Part shown: positions 63,757-64,000 of the stretch, in pieces | How positions within the stretch are numbered: position 1 is the stretch's first letter | How the letters are laid out: each line of letters begins with the position of its first letter | DNA from: a virus | Virus record (IMG/VR): IMGVR_UViG_3300027858_000005 | Coordinates: 3 to 64,002 of that record | DNA: 64,000 nt | Strand: one strand, 5' to 3' | Notes under the pieces: model-generated | Told to the model about the DNA's origin: nothing | Database searches by the model: none | Seen by the model: the letters and a program-made list of their open reading frames with translations, nothing else | Translations under genes and position numbers: made by a program

Positions 63757-64000
63757 CGCCCCGCAAATTCTCGCTTAAAAACGTCCCGGTGTGCTTGTTC
63801 AATTCTGCGGCCTGTTCTTCAAGTGTCAATGTCGGCGTGTCCGGTTGACCTTCGGGCGGTCCCGGCACGAATTCCCAGTAATCTTCGAACGCATTGTCAG
63901 AACTATTGCGTCTGTGCCAAAGCGTGCCATCTTCACAAACCGCAAACAATTCAAAGACTACCGTGCCGCGTCCTATTTCGTTTCGAATAATTTCGATCTG
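63743..64000 (-). CDS. Hypothetical protein, 5' end truncated by the window edge
   Basis: FAVCEDGTLW...WEFVPGPP; frame continues toward the window edge. Confidence 0.55.
   Translation of the reverse strand, partial: QIEIIRNEIGRGTVVFELFAVCEDGTLWHRRNSSDNAFEDYWEFVPGPPEGQPDTPTLTLEEQAAELNKHTGTFLSENLRGDDDI

Noticed and set aside
262-63990. Numerous plus-strand and alternate-frame ORFs in the track (e.g. 1704-2261, 21043-21399, 41590-42267, 49357-49914, 55542-56123)
   Set aside because: Shadow ORFs antisense to well-supported genes, without RBS or recognisable motifs
1-64000. Prophage or gene transfer agent
   Set aside because: No integrase, no flanking host genes, and a full replication module; GTA-like tail tip genes are shared with ordinary siphoviruses
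1-64000. Diversity-generating retroelement or retron
   Set aside because: No reverse transcriptase motifs and no template/variable repeat pair were seen

Overview
This window is most or all of a tailed dsDNA bacteriophage genome (siphovirus-type tail). Spanins and a YadA-type anchor indicate a Gram-negative host. No host genes, integrase or rRNA are visible. Almost all core genes are on the minus strand. In transcription order (right to left): small early genes (61.7-64 kb); terS/terL/portal; an envelope-protein cassette and a split gp7-like head gene; scaffold and major capsid; a ~7 kb block of large beta-rich virion proteins containing a SPOUT-like methylase; head-tail, tail tube, chaperone (-1 frameshift), tape measure and tail tip genes; a lysis module split by early cassettes; replication genes (SNF2, SSB-like, AEP primase, UvrD, beta-clamp-like, PolA); a tRNA-Tyr with tRNA-like neighbours; a glycosyltransferase/methyltransferase cluster; and more small early genes. 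Fifteen near-identical sigma70-type promoters (16-bp spacer, extended -10, TGY-N10-ACA dyad) drive dispersed small-gene cassettes. The best candidate for a new system is virion O-glycosylation: surface-exposed virion proteins are strongly enriched in Ser-Pro(-Glu) motifs while the internal tape measure and scaffold have none, and the phage encodes two Maf/DUF115-like, one KpsS-like and one GT-A glycosyltransferase plus methyl- and sulfotransferase-like enzymes. All family assignments come from motif recognition by eye, with no database search.
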